Source: the human T2T-CHM13v2.0 reference genome, Homo sapiens
DNA length: 64,000 nucleotides
Assembly: GCF_009914755.1 (NCBI RefSeq)
Contig: NC_060948.1
Direction: 5' to 3' (one strand)
This document shows positions 41,301-56,300 of the stretch, in pieces. The position numbers were made by a program, and so were the translations under genes. A model generated the notes under the pieces. It made no database searches. It was not told where the DNA came from and saw only the letters and a program-made list of their open reading frames with translations. The number at the start of each line of letters is the position of its first letter. Position 1 is the first letter of the stretch.

Positions 41301-44300
41301 CAAAAGGAATGTAATCGAATGGATTAGACTGGAATGCAATGGAATCGAATAGATTGGAAACGGAATGCAAAGGAATGGAATGGAATAGTATGGAATGGAA
41401 TGGAAAGGAATGGAGTGGAATAGACTAGAGTGGAATGGAATGGACTGGAAAGCAATGGACTGGAATGGAACTTTCTTGGATGGACTGGAATCAAACGGAA
41501 TGGAATGCAATGCAATCAAATGGCATGGAATAAAATAGAATGAAAGAGAATCAAATGGAATTGAATCGAATGGAATCGAATGGATTGTAAAGGAATAGAA
41601 TGGAATGGAATGGAATTGACTCAAATGGAATGGACTAGAATGGAATGGATTCGAATGGAAGGCAAAGGAATGGAATCTATTGGAATGGACTGTAATGGAA
41701 TGGAATGGAAGGGATTGGAATGGACTCGAATGGAATGGACTGCAATAGAAAGGATTCGAATGGAATGAAAAAGAATTGAATGGAATAGAACAGAATGGAA
41801 TCAAATCGAATGAAATGGAATGGAATAGAAAGGAATGGAATGAAATGGAATGGAAAGGATTCGAGTGGAATGCAATCGAATGGAATGGAATCGAACGGAA
41901 TGGAATAAAATGGAAGAAAACTGGCAAGAAATGGAATCGAAATGAATGGAGTGTTATGGAACGGACTCAAAAGGAATTGAATGTAATAGAATGGAGTGGA
42001 GTGGACTCGAATATAATGAACTGGAATGGAATGAAATCACATGGAATGGGAACGAATGGAATGGAATGGAAAGGAATGGAATCGAATGGAAAGGAATCGA
42101 ATGGAAGGGAATGAAATTGAATCAACAGGAATGGAAGGGAATAGAATAGACGGTAATGGAATGGACTCGAATAGAATGGACACGAATGCTCAAATTGAAT
42201 GGATTCGAATGGAATGGAAACGAAAGGAATGTCATCGAATGGAATTGAATCGATTGGAATGAAATCGCATAGAATGGAGTGGAATCAAATGGAATTGAAT
42301 CGAAAGGAAAGGAAGCGAATGGACTGAAATGAAATGGAATGGAATTGAATGGAAAGTAATGCAATGGAATAGAATGGAACGAAATTTCACGGAATGGAAT
42401 CAAACTGAATGGAATCAAATCAATGGAATCTAATCAAATGGAATGGAAAGGAATTGAATGGAGTAGATTGGATTGGATGGGATTGGAATGAAATGTACTG
42501 GAAAGGACTCGAATTTCATGAAACGGAATGGAATGAATTGGAACGGAATGGACTCGAATGGAATGGAATGTCATGGAATGGCATCGAATGGAATGGCATC
42601 AAATGGAATGGAATCGAATGCAATGGAATGTTATGGAATGGAATGGAATGCATTGGAATGGAATGTCCTCTAATGGAATGGATTCGAGTGGAATGGAATC
42701 GAATATAATGGAGTCGAATGAAATGGAATTGAAAGGAATGGGATCGAATAGAATGGAATATACTGGAATGTAATGTAATGAACACGAATGTAATTGACTG
42801 GAATGGAATGTACATGAATGGAAGGTAATCGAATGGAAAGTAATCCAATGGAATAGAATCTAATGCAATAAAACCGAATCAGATAGAGTAGAATGTAATG
42901 GAATGGAGTGCAGTGCAATGGAATGGAATGGAATTGAATGCAATGGAATGGAATGGAATGGAATGGAATGGAATGGAATGGAATGGAATGGAATGGTATG
43001 GAATGGATAGTAATGGACTGGAGTGAAATGGACTGGAAAGGAATGGACTCAAATTGAAAGGGCTCGAAAGGAATGGAGTCAAATGGAATGGTCTGGAATG
43101 GAATGAACACGAATGTAATGCAATCCAATAGAATGGAATCGAATGGCATGGAATATAAAGAAATGGAATCGAAGAGAATGGAAACAAATGGAATGGAATT
43201 GAATGGAATGGAATTGAATGGAATGGGAACGAATGGAGTGAAATTGTATGCAGTAGAAGGGAATAGAATGGAATGCAAGCGAAAGGAAAGGAATGGATTG
43301 GAATGGAATGGAATTCATTGGAATGGAAGGGAATGTAGTGTAATGGACAGGCCTGGAATAAAGTGGAATGCTACGGTCTCGAATGGAATAAAAATGTATG
43401 GAATGGAATGCAATGAAACGGAATCGAATGTCATAGAATGTAATGGAATGCAACAAAATGGAATCCAAAATCATTGACTGGAAAGGCTGGGTGTCGAAAG
43501 GAATTGACTCCAATGGAATGGAATCGAATGGAATAGAAGTGAATAGAATCGAACTAAATCGAATGGAATGGAATTGATAGGAACGGAATGGAAAGGAATG
43601 CAATGATTTGGCATGGAATGGAATCGAATGGCATCGAATGGAATGGAATGGAATGCAATGGAATGGAATGTATTAGAATGTAATGAACTTTAATGGAATG
43701 TACTCGAATGGATTCGACTGGAATGGAATGTTCTGGAAGTGAATGGACTCCAATGGAATGGATTCAAAAGGAATGGAATCGTACGGAATGGAATCTAATG
43801 GAATGGAATTAAATGGAAATGAATCAAATTGAATAGCACGGAATTGAATTGAATGGAATGGAATGCAATGGAATCTAATGAAACGGAAAGGAAAGGAATG
43901 GAATGGAATGGAATGGGCTGGAATGGAAAGGAATCGAAACGAATGGAATGGAATCGAACTGAAGAGACTGGAATGGAATGCACTGGAATGGAAGGGAGTG
44001 TAATGGAAGGTTCTCGAAAAAAATGGAATCGAATGGAATGGAATTGAATGGAACGGAATAGAGTCGAATGGAATTGAATGGAATGGAATGGACTAGAGTG
44101 AAATGGAATCGAACCACAAGGAATGGACAGGAATAGAATGGTCTCGAATTGAATGGAATCGTATGGAATGGCATCAAACGGAATGGAATGGACAGCCACG
44201 GAATGGAATGCACTCGAATGCAATGGAGTCGAAACTAATGGACTGGAATAGAATGGACTCGACTGGTACGGACTCCAATGGAATGGAATCGAATGGAAGG

Positions 44301-47300
44301 GAATCGAACGGAATGGACTCGAAGGGAAAAGACTGCAATGGAAAGGTCTCGAATGGAATGGAAATTAATGGAATGGAATGGAATCGAATGAAATGGAGTC
44401 AAAAGGAATGGAATCGAATGGCAAGAAATCGAATGTAATGGAATCGCAAGGAATTGATGTGAACGGAACGGAATGGAATGGAATCCAAAGGAATGGAATA
44501 GAATGGAATGGAATCGAATGGAAAGGACTCGAATGGAAATCACTCGAATAGAATGCAATTTAATAAAATAGGATCAAATGTAATGGAATGGAATGGAAAG
44601 GAATCGAAACGAAAGGAATGGAGACAGATGGAATGGAATGGAACAGAGAGCAATGGTATAGAATGGAATGGAATCATCTGGAATGGAATTGAATGGAATG
44701 GAATAATATGAAATGGAATGGAATGGAATGGAATGGAATGCCCTTGAATTAAATGGACTGGAATGGAATGAACTCGAACAGAGTGGAATGGAAAGTGTTG
44801 AGATAGAATGGAATGGACTCCTTTGGAATGGTCTAGTATGCAATGCAATCGACTGTCAGGGAATCAAAAGGAATGTAATCGAATGGATTGGACTGGAATG
44901 CAATGGACTCGAATAGATTGGAAACGGAATGCAAAGGAATGGAATGGAATAGTATGGAATGGAATGGAAAGGAATGGAGTGGAATAGACTAGAGTGGAAT
45001 GGAATGGACTGGAAAGCAATGGACTGGAATGGAACTTTCTTGGATGGACTGGAATCAAACGGAATGGAATACAATGCAATCAAATGGCATGGAATAAAAT
45101 AGAATGAAAGAGAATCAAATGGAATTGAATCGAATGGAATCGAATGGATTGTAAAGGAATAGAATGGAATGGAATGGAATTGACTCAAATGGAATGGACT
45201 AGAATGGAATGGATTCGAATGGAAGGCAAAGGAATGGAATCTATTGGAATGGACTGTAATGGAATGGAATGGAAGGGATTGGAATGGACTCGAATGGAAT
45301 GGACTGCAATAGAAAGGATTCGAATGGAATGAAAAAGAATTGAATGGAATAGAACAGAATGGAATCAAATCGAATGAAATGGAATGGAATAGAAAGGAAT
45401 GGAATGAAATGGAATGGAAAGGATTCGAATGGAATGCAATCGAATGGAATGGAATCGAACGGAATGGAATAAAATGGAAGAAAACTGGCAAGAAATGGAA
45501 TCGAAATGAATGGAGTGTTATGGAACGGACTCAAAAGGAATTGAATGTAATAGAATGGAGTGGAGTGGACTCGAATATAATGGACTGGAATGGAATGAAA
45601 TCACATGGAATGGGAACGAATGGAATGGAATGGAAAGGAATGGAATCGAATGGAAAGGAATCGAATGGAAGGGAATGAAATTGAATCAACAGGAATGGAA
45701 GGGAATAGAATAGACGGTAATGGAATGGACTCGAATAGAATGGACACGAATGCTCAAATTGAATGGATACGAATGGAATGGAAACGAAAGGAATGTCATC
45801 GAATGGAATTGAATCGATTGGAATGAAATCGCATAGAATGGAGTGGAATCAAATGGAATTGAATCGAAAGGAAAGGAAGCGAATGGACTGAAATGAAATG
45901 GAATGGAATTGAATGGAAAGTAATGCAATGGAATAGAATGGAACGAAATTTCACGGAATGGAATCAAACTGAATGGAATCAAATCAATGGAATCTAATCA
46001 AATGGAATGGAAAGGAATTGAATGGAGTAGATTGGATTGGATGGGATTGGAATGAAATGTACTGGAAAGGACTCGAATTTCATGAAACGGAATGGAATGA
46101 ATTGGAACGGAATGGACTCGAATGGAATGGAATGTCATGGAATGGCATCGAATGGAATGGCATCAAATGGAATGGAATCGAATGCAATGGAATGTTATGG
46201 AATGGAATGGAATGCATTGGAATGGAATGTCCTCTAATGGAATGGATTCGAGTGGAATGGAATCGAATATAATGGAGTCGAATGAAATGGAATTGAAAGG
46301 AATGGGATCGAATAGAATGGAATATACTGGAATGTAATGTAATGAACACGAATGTAATTGACTGGAATGGAATGTACATGAATGGAAGGTAATCGAATGG
46401 AAAGTAATCCAATGGAATAGAATCTAATGCAATAAAACCGAATCAGATAGAGTAGAATGTAATGGAATGGAGTGCAGTGCAATGGAATGGAATGGAATTG
46501 AATGCAATGGAATGGAATGGAATGGAATGGAATGGAATGGAATGGAATGGTATGGAATGGATAGTAATGGACTGGAGTGAAATGGACTGGAAAGGAATGG
46601 ACTCAAATTGAAAGGGCTCGAAAGGAATGGAGTCAAATGGAATGGTCTGGAATGGAATGAACACGAATGTAATGCAATCCAATAGAATGGAATCGAATGG
46701 CATGGAATATAAAGAAATGGAATCGAAGAGAATGGAAACAAATGGAATGGAATTGAATGGAATGGAATTGAATGGAATGGGAACGAATGGAGTGAAATTG
46801 TATGCAGTAGAAGGGAATAGAATGGAATGCAAGCGAAAGGAAAGGAATGGATTGGAATGGAATGGAATTCATTGGAATGGAAGGGAATGTAGTGTAATGG
46901 ACAGGCCTGGAATAAAGTGGAATGCTACGGTCTCGAATGGAATAAAAATGTATGGAATGGAATGCAATGAAACGGAATCGAATGTCATAGAATGTAATGG
47001 AATGCAACAAAATGGAATCCAAAATCATTGACTGGAAAGGCTGGGTGTCGAAAGGAATTGACTCCAATGGAATGGAATCGAATGGAATGGAAGTGAATAG
47101 AATCGAACTAAATCGAATGGAATGGAATTGATAGGAACGGAATGGAAAGGAATGCAATGATTTGGCATGGAATGGAATCGAATGGCATCGAATGGAATGG
47201 AATGGAATGCAATGGAATGGAATGTATTAGAATGGAATGAACTTTAATGGAATGTACTCGAATGGATTCGACTGGAATGGAATGTTCTGGAAGTGAATGG

Positions 47301-50300
47301 ACTCCAATGGAATGGATTCAAAAGGAATGGAATCGTACGGAATGGAATCTAATGGAATGGAATTAAATGGAAATGAATCAAATTGAATAGCACGGAATTG
47401 AATTGAATGGAATGGAATGCAATGGAATCTAATGAAACGGAAAGGAAAGGAATGGAATGGAATGGAATGGGCTGGAATGGAAAGGAATCGAAACGAATGG
47501 AATGGAATCGAACTGAAGAGACTGGAATGGAATGCACTGGAATGGAAGGGAGTGTAATGGAAGGTTCTCGAAAAAAATGGAATCGAATGGAATGGAATTG
47601 AATGGAACGGAATAGAGTCGAATGGAATTGAATGGAATGGAATGGACTAGAGTGAAATGGAATCGAACCACAAGGAATGGACAGGAATAGAATGGTCTCG
47701 AATTGAATGGAATCGTATGGAATGGCATCAAACGGAATGGAATGGACAGCCACGGAATGGAATGCACTCGAATGCAATGGAGTCGAAACTAATGGACTGG
47801 AATAGAATGGACTCGACTGGTACGGACTCCAATGGAATGGAATCGAATGGAAGGGAATCGAACGGAATGGACTCGAAGGGAAAAGACTGCAATGGAAAGG
47901 TCTCGAATGGAATGGAAATTAATGGAATGGAATGGAATCGAATGAAATGGAGTCAAAAGGAATGGAATCGAATGGCAAGAAATCGAATGTAATGGAATCG
48001 CAAGGAATTGATGTGAACGGAACGGAATGGAATGGAATCCAAAGGAATGGAATAGAATGGAATGGAATCGAATGGAAAGGACTCGAATGGAAATCACTCG
48101 AATAGAATGCAATTTAATAAAATAGGATCAAATGTAATGGAATGGAATGGAAAGGAATCGAAACGAAAGGAATGGAGACAGATGGAATGGAATGGAACAG
48201 AGAGCAATGGTATAGAATGGAATGGAATCATCTGGAATGGAATTGAATGGAATGGAATAATATGAAATGGAATGGAATGGAATGGAATGGAATGCCCTTG
48301 AATTAAATGGACTGGAATGGAATGGACTCGAACAGAGTGGAATGGAAAGTGTTGAGATAGAATGGAATGGACTCCTTTGGAATGGTCTAGTATGCAATGC
48401 AATCGACTGTCAGGGAATCAAAAGGAATGTAATCGAATGGATTGGACTGGAATGCAATGGACTCGAATAGATTGGAAACGGGATGCAAAGGAATGGAATG
48501 GAATAGTATGGAATGGAATGGAAAGGAATGGAGTTGAATAGACTAGAGTGGAATGGAATGGACTGGAAAGCAATGGACTGGAATGGAACTTTCTTGAATG
48601 GACTGGAATCAAACGGAATGGAATGCAATGCAATCAAATGGCATGGAATAAAATAGAATGAAAGAGAATCAAATGGAATTGAATCGAATGGAATCGAATG
48701 GATTGTAAAGGAATAGAATGGAATGGAATGGAATTGACTCAAATGGAATGGACTAGAATGGAATGGATTCGAATGGAAGGCAAAGGAATGGAATCTATTG
48801 GAATGGACTGTAATGGAATGGAATGGAAGGGATTGGAATGGACTCGAATGGAATGGACTGCAATAGAAAGGATTCGAATGGAATGAAAAAGAATTGAATG
48901 GAATAGAACAGAATGGAATCAAATCGAATGAAATGGAATGGAATAGAAAGGAATGGAATGAAATGGAATGGAAAGGATTCGAATGGAATGCAATCGAATG
49001 GAATGGAATCGAACGGAATGGAATAAAATGGAAGAAAACTGGCAAGAAATGGAATCGAAATGAATGGAGTGTTATGGAACGGACTCAAAAGGAATTGAAT
49101 GTAATAGAATGGAGTGGAGTGGACTCGAATATAATGGACTGGAATGGAATGAAATCACATGGAATGGGAACGAATGGAATGGAATGGAAAGGAATGGAAT
49201 CGAATGGAAAGGAATCGAATGGAAGGGAATGAAATTGAATCAACAGGAATGGAAGGGAATAGAATAGACGGTAATGGAATGGACTCGAATAGAATGGACA
49301 CGAATGCTCAAATTGAATGGATTCGAATGGAATGTAAACGAAAGGAATGTCATCGAATGGAATTGAATCGATTGGAATGAAATCGCATAGAATGGAGTGG
49401 AATCAAATGGAATTGAATCGAAAGGAAAGGAAGCGAATGGACTGAAATGAAATGGAATGGAATTGAATGGAAAGTAATGCAATGGAATAGAATGGAACGA
49501 AATTTCACGGAATGGAATCAAACTGAATGGAATCAAATCAATGGAATCTAATCAAATGGAATGGAAAGGAATTGAATGGAGTAGATTGGATTGGATGGGA
49601 TTGGAATGAAATGTACTGGAAAGGACTCGAATTTCATGAAACGGAATGGAATGAATTGGAACGGAATGGACTCGAATGGAATGGAATGTCATGGAATGGC
49701 ATCGAATGGAATGGCATCAAATGGAATGGAATCGAATGCAATGGAATGTTATGGAATGGAATGGAATGCATTGGAATGGAATGTCCTCTAATGGAATGGA
49801 TTCGAGTGGAATGGAATCGAATATAATGGAGTCGAATGAAATGGAATTGAAAGGAATGGGATCGAATAGAATGGAATATACTGGAATGTAATGTAATGAA
49901 CACGAATGTAATTGACTGGAATGGAATGTACATGAATGGAAGGTAATCGAATGGAAAGTAATCCAATGGAATAGAATCTAATGCAATAAAACCGAATCAG
50001 ATAGAGTAGAATGTAATGGAATGGAGTGCAGTGCAATGGAATGGAATGGAATTGAATGCAATGGAATGGAATGGAATGGAATGGAATGGAATGGAATGGT
50101 ATGGAATGGATAGTAATGGACTGGAGTGAAATGGACTGGAAAGGAATGGACTCAAATTGAAAGGGCTCGAAAGGAATGGAGTCAAATGGAATGGTCTGGA
50201 ATGGAATGAACACGAATGTAATGCAATCCAATAGAATGGAATCGAATGGCATGGAATATAAAGAAATGGAATCGAAGAGAATGGAAACAAATGGAATGGA

Positions 50301-53300
50301 ATTGAATGGAATGGAATTGAATGGAATGGGAACGAATGGAGTGAAATTGTATGCAGTAGAAGGGAATAGAATGGAATGCAAGCGAAAGGAAAGGAATGGA
50401 TTGGAATGGAATGGAATTCATTGGAATGGAAGGGAATGTAGTGTAATGGACAGGCCTGGAATAAAGTGGAATGCTACGGTCTCGAATGGAATAAAAATGT
50501 ATGGAATGGAATGCAATGAAACGGAATCGAATGTCATAGAATGTAATGGAATGCAACAAAATGGAATCCAAAATCATTGACTGGAAAGGCTGGGTGTCGA
50601 AAGGAATTGACTCCAATGGAATGGAATCGAATGGAATGGAAGTGAATAGAATCGAACTAAATCGAATGGAATGGAATTGATAGGAACGGAATGGAAAGGA
50701 ATGCAATGATTTGGCATGGAATGGAATCGAATGGCATCGAATGGAATGGAATGGAATGCAATGGAATGGAATGTATTAGAATGTAATGAACTTTAATGGA
50801 ATGTACTCGAATGGATTCGACTGGAATGGAATGTTCTGGAAGTGAATGGACTCCAATGGAATGGAATCTAATGGAATGGAATCGTACGGAATGGAATCTA
50901 ATGGAATGGAATTAAATGGAAATGAATCAAATTGAATAGCACGGAATTGAATTGAATGGAATGGAATGCAATGGAATCTAATGAAACGGAAAGGAAAGGA
51001 ATGGAATGGAATGGAATGGGCTGGAATGGAAAGGAATCGAAACGAATGGAATGGAATCGAACTGAAGAGACTGGAATGGAATGCACTGGAATGGAAGGGA
51101 GTGTAATGGAAGGTTCTCGAAAAAAATGGAATCGAATGGAATGGAATTGAATGGAACGGAATAGAGTCGAATGGAATTGAATGGAATGGAATGGACTAGA
51201 GTGAAATGGAATCGAACCACAAGGAATGGAGAGGAATAGAATGGTCTCGAATTGAATGGAATCGTATGGAATGGCATCAAACGGAATGGAATGGACAGCC
51301 ACGGAATGGAATGCACTCGAATGCAATGGAGTCGAAACTAATGGACTGGAATAGAATGGACTCGACTGGTACGGACTCCAATGGAATGGAATCGAATGGA
51401 AGGGAATCGAACGGAATGGACTCGAAGGGAAAAGACTGCAATGGAAAGGTCTCGAATGGAATGGAAATTAATGGAATGGAATGGAATCGAATGAAATGGA
51501 GTCAAAAGGAATGGAATCGAATGGCAAGAAATCGAATGTAATGGAATCGCAAGGAATTGATGTGAACGGAACGGAATGGAATGGAATCCAAAGGAATGGA
51601 ATAGAATGGAATGGAATCGAATGGAAAGGACTCGAATGGAAATCACTCGAATAGAATGCAATTTAATAAAATAGGATCAAATGTAATGGAATGGAATGGA
51701 AAGGAATCGAAACGAAAGGAATGGAGACAGATGGAATGGAATGGAACAGAGAGCAATGGTATAGAATGGAATGGAATCATCTGGAATGGAATTGAATGGA
51801 ATGGAATAATATGAAATGGAATGGAATGGAATGGAATGGAATGGAATGCCCTTGAATTAAATGGACTGGAATGGAATGGACTCGAACAGAGTGGAATGGA
51901 AAGTGTTGAGATAGAATGGAATGGACTCCTTTGGAATGGTCTAGTATGCAATGCAATCGACTGTCAGGGAATCAAAAGGAATGTAATCGAATGGATTGGA
52001 CTGGAATGCAATGGACTCGAATAGATTGGAAACGGAATGCAAAGGAATGGAATGGAATAGTATGGAATGGAATGGAAAGGAATGGAGTGGAATAGACTAG
52101 AGTGGAATGGAATGGACTGGAAAGCAATGGACTGGAATGGAACTTTCTTGAATGGACTGGAATCAAACGGAATGGAATGCAATGCAATCAAATGGCATGG
52201 AATAAAATAGAATGAAAGAGAATCAAATGGAATTGAATCGAATGGAATCGAATGGATTGTAAAGGAATAGAATGGAATGGAATGGAATTGACTCAAATGG
52301 AATGGACTAGAATGGAATGGATTCGAATGGAAGGCAAAGGAATGGAATCTATTGGAATGGACTGTAATGGAATGGAATGGAAGGGATTGGAATGGACTCG
52401 AATGGAATGGACTGCAATAGAAAGGATTCGAATGGAATGAAAAAGAATTGAATGGAATAGAACAGAATGGAATCAAATCGAATGAAATGGAATGGAATAG
52501 AAAGGAATGGAATGAAATGGAATGGAAAGGATTCGAATGGAATGCAATCGAATGGAATGGAATCGAACGGAATGGAATAAAATGGAAGAAAACTGGCAAG
52601 AAATGGAATCGAAATGAATGGAGTGTTATGGAACGGACTCAAAAGGAATTGAATGTAATAGAATGGAGTGGAGTGGACTCGAATATAATGGACTGGAATG
52701 GAATGAAATCACATGGAATGGGAACGAATGGAATGGAATGGAAAGGAATGGAATCGAATGGAAAGGAATCGAATGGAAGGGAATGAAATTGAATCAACAG
52801 GAATGGAAGGGAATAGAATAGACGGTAATGGAATGGACTCGAATAGAATGGACACGAATGCTCAAATTGAATGGATTCGAATGGAATGGAAACGAAAGGA
52901 ATGTCATCGAATGGAATTGAATCGATTGGAATGAAATCGCATAGAATGGAGTGGAATCAAATGGAATTGAATCGAAAGGAAAGGAAGCGAATGGACTGAA
53001 ATGAAATGGAATGGAATTGAATGGAAAGTAATGCAATGGAATAGAATGGAACGAAATTTCACGGAATGGAATCAAACTGAATGGAATCAAATCAATGGAA
53101 TCTAATCAAATGGAATGGAAAGGAATTGAATGGAGTAGATTGGATTGGATGGGATTGGAATGAAATGTACTGGAAAGGACTCGAATTTCATGAAACGGAA
53201 TGGAATGAATTGGAACGGAATGGACTCGAATGGAATGGAATGTCATGGAATGGCATCGAATGGAATGGCATCAAATGGAATGGAATCGAATGCAATGGAA

Positions 53301-56300
53301 TGTTATGGAATGGAATGGAATGCATTGGAATGGAATGTCCTCTAATGGAATGGATTCGAGTGGAATGGAATCGAATATAATGGAGTCGAATGAAATGGAA
53401 TTGAAAGGAATGGGATCGAATAGAATGGAATATACTGGAATGTAATGTAATGAACACGAATGTAATTGACTGGAATGGAATGTACATGAATTGAAGGTAA
53501 TCGAATGGAAAGTAATCCAATGGAATAGAATCTAATGCAATAAAACCGAATCAGATAGAGTAGAATGTAATGGAATGGAGTGCAGTGCAATGGAATGGAA
53601 TGGAATTGAATGCAATGGAATGGAATGGAATGGAATGGAATGGAATGGAATGGAATGGTATGGAAAGGATAGTAATGGACTGGAGTGAAATGGACTGGAA
53701 AGGAATGGACTCAAATTGAAAGGGCTCGAAAGGAATGGAGTCAAATGGAATGGTCTGGAATGGAATGAACACGAATGTAATGCAATCCAATAGAATGGAA
53801 TCGAATGGCATGGAATATAAAGAAATGGAATCGAAGAGAATGAAACAAATGGAATGGAATTGAATGGAATGGAATTGAATGGAATGGGAACGAATGGAGT
53901 GAAATTGTATGCAGTAGAAGGGAATAGAATGGAATGCAAGCGAAAGGAAAGGAATGGATTGGAATGGAATGGAATTCATTGGAATGGAAGGGAATGTAGT
54001 GTAATGGACAGGCCTGGAATAAAGTGGAATGCTACGGTCTCGAATGGAATAAAAATGTATGGAATGGAATGCAATGAAACGGAATCGAATGTCATAGAAT
54101 GTAATGGAATGCAACAAAATGGAATCCAAAATCATTGACTGGAAAGGCTGGGTGTCGAAAGGAATTGACTCCAATGGAATGGAATCGAATGGAATGGAAG
54201 TGAATAGAATCGAACTAAATCGAATGGAATGGAATTGATAGGAACGGAATGGAAAGGAATGCAATGATTTGGCATGGAATGGAATCGAATGGCATCGAAT
54301 GGAATGGAATGGAATGCAATGGAATGGAATGTATTAGAATGTAATGAACTTTAATGGAATGTACTCGAATGGATTCGACTGGAATGGAATGTTCTGGAAG
54401 TGAATGGACTCCAATGGAATGGATTCAAAAGGAATGGAATCGTACGGAATGGAATCTAATGGAATGGAATTAAATGGAAATGAATCAAATTGAATAGCAC
54501 GGAATTGAATTGAATGGAATGGAATGCAATGGAATCTAATGAAACGGAAAGGAAAGGAATGGAATGGAATGCAATGGGCTGGAATGGAAAGGAATCGAAA
54601 CGAATGGAATGGAATCGAACTGAAGAGACTGGAATGGAATGCACTGGAATGGAAGGGAGTGTAATGGAAGGTTCTCGAAAAAAATGGAATCGAATGGAAT
54701 GGAATTGAATGGAACGGAATAGAGTCGAATGGAATTGAATGGAATGGAATGGACTAGAGTGAAATGGAATCGAACCACAAGGAATAGACAGGAATAGAAT
54801 GGTCTCGAATTGAATGGAATCGTATGGAATGGCATCAAACGGAATGGAATGGACAGCCACGGAATGGAATGCACTCGAATGCAATGGAGTCGAAACTAAT
54901 GGACTGGAATAGAATGGACTCGACTGGTACGGACTCCAATGGAATGGAATCGAATGGAAGGGAATCGAACGGAATGGACTCGAAGGGAAAAGACTGCAAT
55001 GGAAAGGTCTCGAATGGAATGGAAATTAATGGAATGGAATGGAATCGAATGAAATGGAGTCAAAAGGAATGGAATCGAATGGCAAGAAATCGAATGTAAT
55101 GGAATCGCAAGGAATTGATGTGAACGGAACGGAATGGAATGGAATCCAAAGGAATGGAATAGAATGGAATGGAATCGAATGGAAAGGACTCGAATGGAAA
55201 TCACTCGAATAGAATGCAATTTAATAAAATAGGATCAAATGTAATGGAATGGAATGGAAAGGAATCGAAACGAAAGGAATGGAGACAGATGGAATGGAAT
55301 GGAACAGAGAGCAATGGTATAGAATGGAATGGAATCATCTGGAATGGAATTGAATGGAATGGAATAATATGAAATGGAATGGAATGGAATGGAATGGAAT
55401 GGAATGCCCTTGAATTAAATGGACTGGAATGGAATGGACTCGAACAGAGTGGAATGGAAAGTGTTGAGATAGAATGGAATGGACTCCTTTGGAATGGTGT
55501 AGTATGCAATGCAATCGACTGGCAGGGAATCAAAAGGAATGTAATCGAATGGATTGGACTGGAATGCAATGGACTCGAATAGATTGGAAACGGAATGCAA
55601 AGGAATGGAATGGAATAGTATGGAATGGAATGGAAAGGAATGGAGTGGAATAGACTAGAGTGGAATGGAATGGACTGGAAAGCAATGGACTGGAATGGAA
55701 CTTTCTTGAATGGACTGGAATCAAACGGAATGGAATGCAATGCAATCAAATGGCATGGAATAAAATAGAATGAAAGAGAATCAAATGGAATTGAATCGAA
55801 TGGAATCGAATGGATTGTAAAGGAATAGAATGGAATGGAATGGAATTGACTCAAATGGAATGGACTAGAATGGAATGGATTCGAATGGAAGGCAAAGGAA
55901 TGGAATCTATTGGAATGGACTGTAATGGAATGGAATGGAAGGGATTGGAATGGACTCGAATGGAATGGACTGCAATAGAAAGGATTCGAATGGAATGAAA
56001 AAGAATTGAATGGAATAGAACAGAATGGAATCAAATCGAATGAAATGGAATGGAATAGAAAGGAATGGAATGAAATGGAATGGAAAGGATTCGAATGGAA
56101 TGCAATCGAATGGAATGGAATCGAACGGAATGGAATAAAATGGAAGAAAACTGGCAAGAAATGGAATCGAAATGAATGGAGTGTTATGGAACGGACTCAA
56201 AAGGAATTGAATGTAATAGAATGGAGTGGAGTGGACTCGAATATAATGGACTGGAATGGAATGAAATCACATGGAATGGGAACGAATGGAATGGAATGGA

